This document shows, in pieces, positions 38,849-55,490 of a DNA stretch of 64,000 nucleotides (positions are counted from its first letter, which is position 1; each line of letters begins with the position of its first letter). The notes beneath the pieces were generated by a model, which was not told the DNA's origin, searched no databases, and saw only the letters and a program-made list of their open reading frames with translations. Source of the DNA: Eledone cirrhosa (lineage: Eukaryota); the NCBI GenBank assembly GCA_964016885.1, contig OZ024747.1:81034001-81098000 (forward strand), in the 5' to 3' direction. The translations under genes were made by a program, and so were the position numbers.

Positions 38849-39826
38849 ATACCAATACTGAGTATAGTCATAGATTGAAGATGGGAAAATTATTTAACCC
38901 TTTAGCATTTACATTACTCAATATATACTATTGTATTTTCATGGTAAAGGCTTTATCTTACATAATTATTTCAAAATATCGAATCTACGAGATTTTGATG
39001 CTGTTTATTTTGAGAACAATACCTTAACGTCAGTATGAGAGGCCAGTTTGAACAGAAAGATGTGAGAGAGTTCTGGCAAGAGATGGCCGGTTTAAATGCT
39101 AAAGGGTAAATTCCAAGCACTCAAGGAATGGAAACAAATTCTGGCGTCTTTTATGTATCTTGGAAAATCCTCAAATGGTCAGTTGGTGATGTAACACATA
39201 CCAGATGATTATTAATAGCAGTGATGCTAATGATCAAGATGATAGAATTGTGGGTGATGGGTAATGTATTTTTAATAATTCATTTTCATTCATTTACTTA
39301 ACATGACATTCAACCCAAATTTCATTACTTTTTATAAATTGTTATGCATTTTTATTATTTCTTAAAAAACCTTTTATAAATTTGGATAACCTTCTTGATC
39401 TCCGTATAACATATCTGCTGTAATCTGATCTTCTCTGCCATCACAATTAGTTAGTTTCACCAGTATATATTCACACAGAATCTATTGCCCCTCAGCTCTG
39501 TGGCTGTGGTCAGAGTGGCTATCATTAATGGCATAGCCGTATCTATAACAACAGGATATATGTTGCCACCAAACAAACCGCACATCCATCTTGGTCAAGC
39601 CTACAGAACCGATAATGCTTTGCCTTGATGAGCCTATTATTCACAGATGATCTACAGCAACAAAAACACCAATTTCAGGCCACATTTTATGCTGCAGGTC
39701 AGGTTTTCTTCAATCATTTCTGTTGTAAGGTTATTTTTTTAAGATCGATCTTCACAACTTCATCCTGTGTTTTCCTGAGTCTTCCTCTTCCACTGATCCC
39801 AGCAACTATATATATATATATATATA

Positions 39827-40087
39827 TCATGTAGGTGTCACAACAAAAAAACACAGTCCACGCTGTAATGTGGTCATGTAGGTAACACGGTAAAAAGTTC
39901 CCAGTTCCACACTGTAAATGTGGTTGGTGTTAGCAAGGGCATCCAGCCATAGAAAACCTGCCTGATAGTCCTATATGAGCGAGACACGGTCACCCAACCA
40001 ACCTTGCTTCAAGTGGGACAACTCCCGTCTAACCCATGCAAGCGTGGAAGATGGACGTTAGATGAAGGTGATGATGATGATAATGAT
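39827..40087 (+). mobile_element. RTE family 2, 3' terminal fragment
   Basis: 3' UTR plus (GAT)n between TA tracts. Confidence 0.8.
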
Positions 40088-40102
40088 ATATATATATATA
40101 TA

Positions 40103-40992
40103 CAGGGTGTGGATGATATTTGTTCGTGATTTTCAACTGCTAATTTTAGGCAAATTTTTTTTACTTCTGTTGTCACTCTTGTCTTCATAAAAACAGTGAC
40201 TTTATTTCCATTGTTTATTTTCAGAATAATTGATTATGAATAATTTTGAACCTCCAAATTTGTGGAAGAGACATGGAGTTCTTCTTGGAATCTGCGCTGG
40301 GAGGACAAATAAGGAAATTTCAGAAACTCCCAGAACAACAGGTGGCTCGCTGTCTCATCCAAAGACGTGCCCAGAGTCATGCAGACAAAGTTTCCAGCGA
40401 CAACATTGGTCTTAGGTATCGTCAGCAGTCAAGGTGACATCATGCCACCTCACTTCTTCCCTGAGGGCCTTAAGCTGAACACCGATGGCTACATCCACGT
40501 TCTGAGCGAGGTAGTAAAGCCCTGGATCGACCAGGTAGCTGCAGGTAGGCCGTACGTGTGGCAGCAAGACTCAGCGCCCTGCCATACCAGCCGAAAGACC
40601 CAAGCCTGGCGGTCAGAGAACTTCGTCGACCACACTTCACCTGACATCTGGCCTCCCAGCTCGCCTGACTGCAATCCCCTTGACTTCTTTGTGTGGGGCG
40701 CAGTGGAACGAGACACCAACAGATCTAGCTGCAATACGAAAGACGATCTGAAGGCCAGGATCACAAGTGCCTTTAGGGGCCTAAGTTGGGGGACAGTGAC
40801 GAAAGCCTGTAGCCAGTTCCGAGGCCGCCTTGAGGCCGTCATCAAAGCCAATGGTGGGTTTATCGAGTGAGATCCAAAGAACAAGTCATGAAGACAAACT
40901 GACCTACGTTTGATAAATATATCTTAAAAAATAAAACTACTGTTATTTTTTCCTAGACAGTAATCTTGTGAACAAATATCATCCGTACCCTG
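40103..40992 (+). mobile_element. Tc1/mariner DD37D (maT) transposon, internally deleted
   Basis: TIRs CAGGGTGTGGATGATATTTGTTC / GAACAAATATCATCCGTACCCTG; TA flanks; ORF 40367-40870 has WQQDSAPCH..SPDCNPLD with 37 residues between the Asp residues; first Asp and most of the DNA-binding region missing. Confidence 0.92.
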
Positions 40993-41079
40993 TATATAGT
41001 TTCTGGGATCTGTGGAAGAGGTAACTGCAAAGAGAAGAGACACACAAGCTTCACATGCATATATATATATATATATATA

Positions 41080-41815
41080 TCATCATCATCATCATCATCA
41101 ACGTTTAACGTCCGTGTTCCACGCTTGCATGGGTTTGGACGGGGGTAGTCCCACTTGAGGCAAGAGTGATTGTCTTGCTCGCATAGGACTGTCTGGCAGG
41201 TTTTCTACAGTTGGATGCCCTTCCTAACACCAACCACATTTACAGTGTGGGTCTGGGAGGTTTTTACCGTGTTGCCTACACGGCCACATTACAGCGTGGA
41301 CTGTGTGTTTTTTTGTCGTGACACCTACACGATCTCATTTGTTTCGGCCTCGATGGCGCGGCACCAACATAACTTTACATAGAACGGGGTGGTGTGGATC
41401 GGGTGGGGGTGGTGGGACGGGGGTGTATTTTGTTAGAGATGCCTACTGGCTGGGGTAGGTTTTACTATATATTTAGGTAAGGCGGGTCTTCTCTGTTACT
41501 GAGTACCGCCAAAGGTCTCGGTCCAGTGACATTGTCTTGGAGAGGTGTAAGTGTGTGATGTCGGAGTTTATCAGCTCGTCCCAGGTTTTTCTAGGTCTGC
41601 CTATTCCGTGACTACCGTCTATCTTTATTGCCCTGCACTTTGTTATACAGCTATCGACTTTCATGCGCATCACGTGTCCATACCAACGTAGCCTTCTCTC
41701 GAGTAAACAACATCTGATCCCTCTTATCTCTAATTTATTCCTTAGTTCGTTTATGCTTTGCCGTTCACGTATATTACTGTTACACATCCAGCGGAGCATG
41801 CAAGCTTCGTTCCTC

Positions 41816-41820
<5 letters not shown>
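41080..41820 (-). mobile_element. RTE family 2, 5'-truncated
   Basis: LERNEACMLRWMC..RRLRWYGHVMR..GRPRKTW, 3' UTR, (GAT)n; within (TA)n. Confidence 0.92.
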
Positions 41821-41864
<44 letters not shown>

Positions 41865-42287
41865 TGTGAGTGCTTGTGCTTGTTCTCTTCTCTTTGCAGT
41901 TACCATTGCAGATGACTAGATATATGAAGATCCATACTTATTTAGGAAACAAGTGACAGTTGGCAGCAGAGAGCAAAACGAGCAGCAGGCTGTTGTTGAA
42001 TTCTACCTTAGAACATCTTGTCTCCCACCTCCATTTCAGCAAAGGAATACAAACATAAAACTAATGATGATGATTGATGAAGTATTTTCCTACTAATTGC
42101 TTGGATAATCCCGGTTAAGCAAAGGTTTCCAACTCAGGATATTACATATGTATGATCCTACCACATTGGTAATTTGTTGAACAGAACCTGCCGGAGCTAA
42201 GTCTTGGTCATGGACATAGTGCAGCAAAACAGTAATGATCTTTTGTTTTGAAGTATTGCACTCTCTGACTTGGCCAACTGCACTTAC

Positions 42288-42313
42288 CATAGCATCTTTC
42301 AAAATAAAAGAAC
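42288..42313 (-). other. Candidate 26-nt exon ending in ATG
   Basis: Polypyrimidine tract plus TTTACAG acceptor; ATG|GTAAGT donor. Confidence 0.4.
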
Positions 42314-43987
42314 CTGTAAATTGAAAACTTAAGAAAAGGACAAGAAAGTCAAAATTTTAAAAAGAAAAAGACAACAAAACGCTTAGTTAAAAAGTCACTA
42401 TTTTTTTTTTTCATTTTACTTTATAAATCTTTTTTTTATAAAATCTCATCAGATGATTCTGACCTTGAGGTGGGGGGTTGGCTGAAAGTCACCCAAAGCT
42501 AGGTCACAATGATACCTGATCAGCAATGGGTTATATTAAAAGAAACAAATAATTAAACAGTCTGTGCATATTTCACAAGGAGAGCGACAGAAAGTGAGAG
42601 AATGGGGGTAGAGGAAAAGGGAGAGAGAGAGAGAGAGAGGGAGAGAGTTTAGATACTTACATACCCTGTGTTGAAATGATTGATGTTTATATCCTTTTGC
42701 TAGAGTAGCTGAGAGAAAAAAAGTCCTACTCAAGGATGGATAGGTTAAATTATTTTGATCTCTTTTTTGTAACACCCATGATGTTGGCAAAATAAAAAAA
42801 ATATGAATTAAAATTTTAAAATTCTACAGAAAAATCAGTTTGCCTATCTGTTCTGAAATTAAATTAGAAACCACTTTTCCACTTAGAAGCATGATGGTTG
42901 GCATGATATTGGTATTCCTTAGAAGTGATAGCCAAGAACTGACTGTGACATTTGGTTATGTTAATCAGACGTTTGCTCTCTTCCCTTCCTTTGTCTTTCT
43001 CTCTCTAATTTCTCCATTTTCTCCTTTCACTTCTCTGTCCAAACTCTTATTCCTTGTTACTTGGTCAAGTTTCTTTACCAATATTTTTTATTTATTAAAA
43101 CCTCATGATGTCTTTCGAATCTTCTCTAGTCTCTTCACTTTTTTCTTGAAATTTGTTATCTATCCCCTATGTGTGGAGAAGTTAACTGCCAGTTGGGCAC
43201 AAGGCAGGAAATGCATGGAACCCCCCTGCACATACAGAGACACAGCTTATGTGAATAGACCCACACAATTCACATAAAGAGATACAGTTCTATCTAAAAC
43301 GATGCACAAACTCAAATGTTTATTCACTCCATTTTCTGCATGCACACACACACACATAATGCATAACACACTTTAAACACTTTAACTAAAACTTAACTCA
43401 TGATTTAGTTTTCACATTTCATAAAATTGTTTCAATTTAGTTTTGAATCTTACCATTATCATTGTTATACCTGTCACAACCACCACCACCACCACTACTA
43501 CCACTATAATCTTTAGCCTTTTAATGTATGATTTGTCCATGGTGAATATTCATTTGAGAAGATTGCACGTGTTCAGTTAGATATCATCTCGTCTCTGTGG
43601 TTTCAGCTTTCTAAATGACTCATCATCAGCCTGTACTTTTATTGGTTAGCCTATATAAGAATCACATAACAATTTTTTTCCCCCAACATGTAACCTCCCT
43701 CCCTTATCAATAACCACTTATATCTTCTAACTGTTTATATCTGTTTCATAGATTAAACACCTGATCAACTTCCATATTCAATTGCATTCTACAAATTCTA
43801 TTTTCCAGGTTTGCTCTGCACACCCAACGGTTATGCAAATTAGTTACTAGCAAAATAGTGAGAATAATATTTTAGGTTTGCGATCCTTTCTTTACAGGGT
43901 CATGGAGTATATATAGTCACTTAATCTAGTTCTGTCACTAATTGATAATTTAATCTAACAAAATCTAAAAGGATGAAAGCTATATTA

Positions 43988-45460
43988 ATAATAATAATAA
44001 GGACTTCTACTATAGGCACAAGGCCAGTAATTTGGGGGAGGGGAAAGTCGATTAAATCGACCCCAGTGTATTACTGGTACTTTATTTTTTCGACCCCCGT
44101 AAGGATGAAAGGCAAAGCTAACCTCAGCAGGATTTAAACTCAGACAGTAAAGGGTCGTTACTCTATGCTGCAAAGCATGGTGTCCTGTCCGATGATCTAC
44201 CAATACTGTCAATCCACTGCTGTATCAATAATAATAATAATAATTGTTTCTACTTTTGGCACAAGGCCAGCAGTTACCCAGTGCATTACTGGTACTTTAT
44301 TTTATCGACTCCCGTGAGGATGAAAGACAAAGTTAACCTCGGCGGAATTTGAACTCAGATCATAAAGGGCCATAACTCTATGCTGCAAAGAATGTAAAGA
44401 GATGGAAGAAATGCTGCAAAGCATTTTCCCAATGTTCTACTGATTCTGCTAATCATCCAACAACAATAACAATAATAATTATTCCTGATTTAGGAACAAG
44501 GCCAACAATTTTTAGGGGGAGGGGAAAGTCAGTTAAATCAACCCCAGTACATTACTGGTACTTTATTTATCAACCACATAAGGATGAAAGGCAAAGCTAA
44601 CCTCGGCGGGATTTGAACTCAGAATGTAAAGGGCCTTAATGCTATGCCACAAAGCATGTTGTCTGACATTCTACCAATACTGTCATTCTTACACTGGCAC
44701 AAGGCCACACATTTTTGGAGAAGGGAAAAACTGATTACATGTCCTCAGCAATTAGCTGGTACTTATATCCACGGCTGAATGATGAAAGGCAAAATCAATC
44801 TTATTAAATTCAGAAAATAAAAGGAGTGGAACTATAAAAGTGCATAACATTTTGTCTAGTATGCTACGTATTTTTCTACCCTCAATAATAATTTGTTACT
44901 AACATAGGCATAAGGTCAGAGATTTGAAAGGAGGAGTAACTCAATTAAATTTCTTCCAATACTTAACTGGTACTTTATTTTATTGAAAAGCAATGATGAT
45001 CTCAGTGAGATTTGGATGCCAAATATAAAGAACTATATCAAATACTGCATGGTAATTTTGTTTGACTCTACCCAATTTTCCTAATTCAATGCCCTCTCAA
45101 TGTTGATTTTTAACACAACTCCAAAACCACACATTTGAGAAAAAGGGGTCGGTTGTTTAAATATACCCCAATACTTGACTGGTACTTTATTTTATTGATG
45201 CTATAAAGATGAAAGACAAAGCAAACCATGGCAAGGTTTGAACTGAGAAGGTAAAGAGCTGTAACTGAATAGTGCAAGGCATTTTGTCTGATGTTTTACC
45301 AACAATGATTTCTTACATTGGCACAAGGCCTCAAATCGTAGGAAAGGGGTACAAACAATTAAATTGACCCCTAACTATAAGTCTTCTATTCATATATTGA
45401 GCTCGAGAAGATGAAAGACAAAATTGATGTGCAGTGAGATTTTAATTCAGAAGGCAGGTG
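43988..45460 (-). mobile_element. Head-to-tail cluster of about 7 family A SINEs
   Basis: Recurrent GGCACAAGGCC..ACTGGTACTT..GATGAAAGGCAAA units, several separated by (AAT)n. Confidence 0.85.
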
Positions 45461-47726
45461 GACAAGACAAAAAATATTCTAATGAACCTATTCTGGAGCT
45501 CACTATTTTACCTTAATATTAAAAACAACAGTAATGATAATAATGTTAACAATAATGATAATAACAATAAGGTTGGCAGATATTTCTGGCATCATATCAA
45601 ATTAATTCTTTCCACATGTGACCCACATATATGAAATATATGACAATAAAAAACAATGATCAACTTTGTAGGTCTTTGTCAGCAAGATTAATTTGATGAA
45701 AGCCAAATGTTTTTAATCACAGAGAAAACCTAACTGTAATGGCCAAATAATTATTTGTGTATGAATTAATAAGCCAAGGGAAAAAAAAAAGAAACTATAT
45801 GCAAATCACAGAAGGGATGGGGCATGTCCCTTTCTTTAATTGTTTAGATATGTGTATGCCTTAGAAGGCAAGTATATATAAAAAATGAATGAAACGTTGG
45901 CCAGATATTAGGAAGTGGTTGGAGAGGAAGAGGAAAATGAGAAATAATGAATGAATGAAGGCAGATAGGCATAGCCAAAAGTGCTAGGGTTTATGTTAAA
46001 GTTGAGGATTTATTTTTGATGTTTTTCAACTTGGTTTGTTTAGAGGGAATGAGGTTAGGTAATTAATGTTTTACTGCAAAGTCAGAGAGGGTAAGACAAT
46101 GCATATAACACTTTTAAGGGCTTCCAAGACAGGAGGGAAGTATTCTCAAAGACATGGTCTGAATGCTTGCAACAGAGTGGGCTGTGCTAAAGTGTCAGGT
46201 TGTGTTGTTAAATAAAATGATGAATTAAATCTACTACCCAACTACTGTGGGATTGGAACACAGAATGCAGAGAACCAGAAAAACTGCCACAGGATTTGAA
46301 CTCAGATGGCTACTAAGTGATGGAACAAATATGGTATGGGATTTTGTTCTATATTCTAACAATTATACCAGTGCCAATTTGCTCCCTATTACTTAATCAT
46401 GAAATTTATTCATTATATATGAGGATGGATTTAAAAAAAGAACTTGTTTGCCCTTTGCATAGTCACATTTTCATAGATGAGTTATTTTTGTTTATATTGA
46501 ATTTAGATAGACTGAATCTATAATGACAAGGTTTAAATTAGCTTATTAGAGAGAAACATAGCTTAGGCAGAACTGTATCACATAGAGTACTTTTAGATGA
46601 GCAGATGGGGTCATTTTTAAATGGGTACCTTGGAATGAGTCACATATATATGGGTCATCATGTGGCAGGCAAGTACTTTATTCGGTGTTTAACCTGGTTA
46701 GTTAAATTCAGGCATCCCACCATTGACCTGAGGGGCTCCTGCACACTGAGACACATGTGTGACATCTCTTCCAAAATTTTCACAAATTAATTTGATATTA
46801 ACATTATTGTTATTTTATTTCTATAAATTCATATTTCTGATGACATTCTTCTGTCTCCAATACTGTGCCCAGCTTTATATTATATTAATTAACAGTAGTT
46901 TTAACACAGCATGATTCAGAATAAAGATGAATGTGGACTCATATAAAGTATGTTTATGTATAATAAACATACATATAGTGGTGCTATGAGTAAATTAAAC
47001 TGTGCTATGATCACAGGTATCCTAATAACTAGCAACTATCATCATTATCTCTGGTATAAAATTCTTCATCAATATCACCACTACAACAACCTCCACTCCC
47101 ACCCCCACCACAACTAATACAACCCTTTAGCATCCTCCATTATCATCCAACTGGTCACATCATTTCCACCCTTATTACTACCTTAACACTAGGTATCATT
47201 ACCAGGTATACCCTTAACCAAAATAAGAATTTCTCAAACAAAGTTGTGAACATGCTGTGTTACTCTCATTTATATATGACACAATTTATAATAAATTATT
47301 TTCTTATAAAATCAAGTTGGGATTGTAACTGGAGTTGACCAATGCAATGTAAGTAACATTTGGTAGATGGAAACTGCAGAAACCCATTGAATAAATATAT
47401 ATGCATGTGTATGTGTGTTTATCAGCTCTGTTATCAACTGTTTTTTAGTATTTTTATTTATATATATATATGTTTTTTCCAATAAATACAGTTGTGCCAG
47501 AGTCCATGTTCAGGTCCTCCAACTTAATCAGTTCATCAATAATTCATCAAAAAGAGACTAATAAAATAAGTACCAGACTTAAGTATCAAGTACATTTAGT
47601 AGTCAGAATTGACTATATTTTGAAGACATTTCTTTTTCATTTCATGTTAGCATGATTTTATATCACTTATTGTAATTGTCCTCCATGCTGGTTTTCACTA
47701 TTTTTTATGGTTGATCTTCAATTTAA

Positions 47727-47764
<38 letters not shown>

Positions 47765-48026
47765 TGGTGCACATGTATATGTATGTTTGTGTGTAAATCA
47801 GTGTGCTTCTTTATATCAAAACTATTTAGAGCAAGCTCTGATGTTCGTTTGCAACTTGCATAAACAATACATCTGGCTGCTAACTGTTTTGCTAAAGATG
47901 AACATTACATAACATTTTTAGAATAAAAGAACTGGTTGCAATCTGGAGGACATCTTGCCGCAGAAAAACAGCCTTAAAAAGTCTCTTTGAACCCTTAATG
48001 ATGACGATGATTTGATATATATATAT

Positions 48027-48619
48027 ATATTTATTAAAATAACAGATTAAAGTTTAAGCAAAGAATCGCTGCTTTCACCCTTAACGGAATCTTCTGAAAC
48101 TAAAAAAGTCAATCTGTGAACGCAGAAGTAAATATTTCAAAAAAGGTTGCAACCGGAGGAAGACAGGAAGACGATATTTTGGTTCGTGGAAACGTTCCCA
48201 AGCAAAGAATGGAAAAAAACCGAAATAATTGTTTCTACTTTAGGCACAAGGCCAGCAATTACCCAGTGCATTACTGGTACTTTATTTTATCGACCCCGTA
48301 AGGATGAAAGGCAAAAAACCCCGAAATAATACGTCATTAATTGGTGCGATGAAAACAATTACACGCAAAGACAAAACCACGTTTATGGTATAAATGAAGT
48401 CGTAGACTAATATTCTATTAGGTGGTTTGTGGAGATGTTCTCTGGCAATGAACATTTCCACAAACCAAAATATCGTCTTCCTGTCTTCCTTCGGTTGCAA
48501 TGTTTTTTGAAATATTTACTTCTGCGTTCACAGATTGACTTTTTTAGTTTCAGAAGATCCGTTAAGTGTGAAAGCAACGATTCTTGGCTTAAACTTTAAT
48601 CTGCTATTTTAATAAATAT
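48027..48619. mobile_element. Fold-back derivative of the Penelope 3' end (about 170-bp inverted arms) with a nested SINE fragment (about 48230-48312)
   Basis: Both arms match about 29925-30096; the centre matches the 141-bp unit in reverse; the SINE is flanked by AAAAAAC(C)CGAAATAAT direct repeats. Confidence 0.88.
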
Positions 48620-48702
48620 TTGCTCTACGGTTCTTATATATCTGATATATATTTATCCTTATCGAGCCCTCTTTGGATTTTAGTCTTCAAATTTATTATT
48701 AT

Positions 48703-48797
<95 letters not shown>

Positions 48798-48902
48798 AGT
48801 TTGGTGGTTTACCACTGGGGTAGAATTGGTCATTAGTGTTTGCATAAATAAATAATTAAGGAAATTCAACCTATTTGGCCTCCTGTCATTTTACTTTATA
48901 AT

Positions 48903-48958
<56 letters not shown>

Positions 48959-49680
48959 TGTGACTATACAAAAATGGATAAAAACCATAGTCCCCTATAC
49001 ACCCTTGCTAAAGTTTATTTTAATTTTAATATTCAATTGAAATTGTAATAGATGTTTCCTTTTCTCCTGCCAACTTCTAAATCTTACATGCTATTGATTT
49101 TAAATAATAATTGTTATGAATTTTAAATTCTAGAAACATTGAGTTTAATTTTAGATTGTAATTATAACGAATATACTGTTAATTCTAGATGTTTTTTAAT
49201 CTCATTTCAGCTATTAAGTTAAATACCATATCTGGAACATCAAATGAACAAAGCAATCAAGTAGCAAAAGGCCACTCTACATGCCCTCGTCCACTGACAC
49301 ACCTTATAAAGACAAACCTACTAAGCTATCCCATTGATACACATCAGCCTTCCCCATTTACATACATAGTTATGGTTGCTGTATGCCTGTGCATTCTCTC
49401 CAGGTTATTATAGTTACTCCAGAAACCAAGGGCTACATAAACTTATGTTGCTAAGATAGGTCAGATCTAATGACCACTGGTAACTTTCGCTGATGTATGT
49501 GACAACAAATATTTTATCAACCATACAATCCTCAAAACGGCCTAACGTGTGTGAAACTCCTCCCTCCCCTAACAATCAGCCAAGAAAAAAAGCAAAACAC
49601 ACATGCAGCCCTTCTCCAGCAAGACATCTATGCAACCTTGCAACCTTTTTCCTTCTTCTCATCAGGCACAGAACTTAATC

Positions 49681-50690
49681 ATGGCTGCTATAAATATTGG
49701 TAAAGTAATATATAGGTATGGTGAGTTTGTGGAGATGCTAGAGCTGAGTTGATGGTGCTGTTTGCAAGAAGTAAGGTAGATGGGCTTCAGCCAGATTCAT
49801 TAAATGCAAGGATCATAGGTACAAAATCTGGGTTGGTAGCAGTGATGGTGTAGGCAGGACAGGAGTACTCCTAGCTGAAAGATGGGTGTGCCAGGTAATC
49901 AAAGTAGTCAGAGTATGTATTAGGATTATTACACTTTGATCTGCCTTGGACTGCACAACAGCTACTGTGCTCTTTGCACATGCTCCACAAGCTGGACTTA
50001 TGAGCAGAAGGACCACTTCTATTAGGTCCTCCTATAGACTACTTCAATAGTGAATGATGGTGACATAATTATTGAAGTTTGTGACTTCAATGAACATGGA
50101 AAACACCATGACAGTTTTTCCGGTATGCATGGTGACAATGTATATGGTACGAGAATTGACAAAGGATTTAGGCTTTTGGTGAGATCTGCAATGCATATGA
50201 CAAACCCATCCACAAACTTCAGGAAACCAGCCAGCAACATGACAAACTACCAGTCAGGGGGAAATACAAGTCAAATAGACTTCATTCTCCCCCAGAAAAT
50301 GAGATAGGCAAATGTCAGGTTCTTCTCTGGAGAAGGACATTCCTCCCAACATAAATTAGATATCAGTGAACTTAGAGTAAGGGTTTGACAGACTAAGAGA
50401 CAAAAGCCTGTCTAGAAAACATAGGAGAAGCCTCAGCAGGCAACACATTCAGAGAAATTCTACTTGACACCTATAACAGTAAGAAAAAGGAGATGGAAAC
50501 ATGGTATAAAGAAAAACTGAGAATTTCTATGACACAACCTGCTGAAAGCCACAGACCATGTCTGTTGTTGGAGCAAGGTACCAGCTAGACAGGGAGTGAT
50601 GTGGTGGTGGAATGATAAGGTAGATAGAGCCATAAAAACAGAGACAATCCTGGAGAGATTGGAAGAAAGGGGGAAACAGTGAATAGTACC
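49681..50690 (+). mobile_element. Decayed RTE 5' part (APE endonuclease)
   Basis: INIG..VEML, CCLQEVR, YAPQ-like HAPQAG, CDFNEH, YQSGGNTSQIDFIL, PQHKL, WWWNDKVD; many stops and frameshifts. Confidence 0.8.
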
Positions 50691-51954
50691 TAATATATAT
50701 ATGTGTTTGAGTGTTTGTTTTTTTTATGTAAAAAATAATCCTCTTTTAACGATATTGCTGTGCCTCAATTAAGATGCTATAAAAGGGTTAACTGTGATAG
50801 TTCAATGGTGGTTGTGGTGGAATGCTGTCAGTTCCCACTAGAGTATAATAATTAAAAGTCTTTCGTTATAGGATGTTGTAATAATGATGTGATTGCAATT
50901 TCCCACAGTCCCATACAAAAGTGAATGTTGAGATATGGACTCCCAATTCCATAAATTGTCGGGACTAGGAAAGTGTCTTCATTTGGCTGATGTACTCTCT
51001 TTGTTTTTTGGGTTATTTTTCTTTTTACTGTTTAGTCAGAGAAGGAAGGGCAGTGTCAATGTCCCTTTTTGTGCCTCTACAACTGATGAAAAGGACAGTA
51101 AAGTTTCCTCAAACAGGATACTTAGCTTGAATGCTTGGAAAAGAGTAGACTGCAAATGTCCCTTCTCAAATACACTATGCCATATTAAGTGTAGTGAATT
51201 ACAGGTATTGAGCTGAAGATCGAATGCATAATGTACCCAAGCAACAATTGCACTAATATCTCTTTTCTCTTCTTGTTCTTTTCCTTCACATATTGGGTAA
51301 TATAAGATATAACAGTTGAAAGCTGTGTGGTAACAGTGCCAAACCATTAAATAACAAGTGCTTTCATGTTTTTTTGTTTTGTTTGTTTTGTTTTTATGAA
51401 TAATAATTATGTTTGCATTCTGAAAATTAACATTCACAGGAATTCATTTTTTTTTTTCTTTTTCATTTTTTTCAAATAAAAAAAAAAAAAAAATATGAGA
51501 CTGTTGGTTTGTGTAATTACATGTATCAAAGAGAACTGGTAAAAGAAGAAAAGAAAGAAAGAATCAGAAGAGAATATAGCAGGCTGTTTCAGCAGATATT
51601 CTTCCTTGACTTATCATCCTTCTGCTAGACCAGCCCCCACCTGACACGCAGATTTCAGTACATGCCCAAACTATCATTCAATCTCATTTCGTCTGTCTCT
51701 TTCACTGAATTACAAACACATTCAGTTTTTAGCTCATTACTACATCAACCATCATCCAAGAATCAATATTACACACACAAACACAACATCTATCACCCTC
51801 TCACACATATATATATATACACACACAGACAGGGATAAAACTAAAATAGGAAATAAAAAATATAATAAAAGCAGTTTGTATGGAATTATTTATATAATTA
51901 TAAAATTATTTTTTGAAAACAAGTGAAAAAAAATAGAATTTCCATAAAGAAAAA

Positions 51955-51976
51955 ACGTGGATGATGAAAAATAATA

Positions 51977-52016
<40 letters not shown>

Positions 52017-52160
52017 TTAAAAATAATAATAATGATGATAACAATAATAGTTATAACATTAGTAGTAAAAGTAATAATAATAATAATAATAATATTGATA
52101 TTAATAATAAAAATAATAATAACAACAACATTAGTAATGATGATAATATTAACGATAATA
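51955..52160. repeat. Degenerate (AAT)n tract
   Basis: Directly visible. Confidence 0.85.
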
Positions 52161-52539
52161 TATTTTTTTAAAAAAACCTCTATATTCATTAAATTGAAAT
52201 ATTACACATGATTTTTTTAATTTTAAAAGAACTAAAAACAGTCAATAATTCTAAACATTATGTAAATTAAAATAAAAATTAGCATATTTCCTTTTTTTAT
52301 AGGGAGGAACATTTGAATAAATAGAGAAAAATATATTAAAAATATAAAAATGAAATATATGGAAACTGAAATATTAAACATTTCTATATAACTTGGTAAA
52401 AACGGAAATATTTGGCAAGGAATAAAACAAACATGAAAAAACTGAAAAAAAAAACAACAAATGAATTAAAAGAATTAACTATAATTGCTACACACACACA
52501 CGCATACATAAATGCATACATATATATGAATATATCAAC

Positions 52540-55490
<2,951 letters not shown>

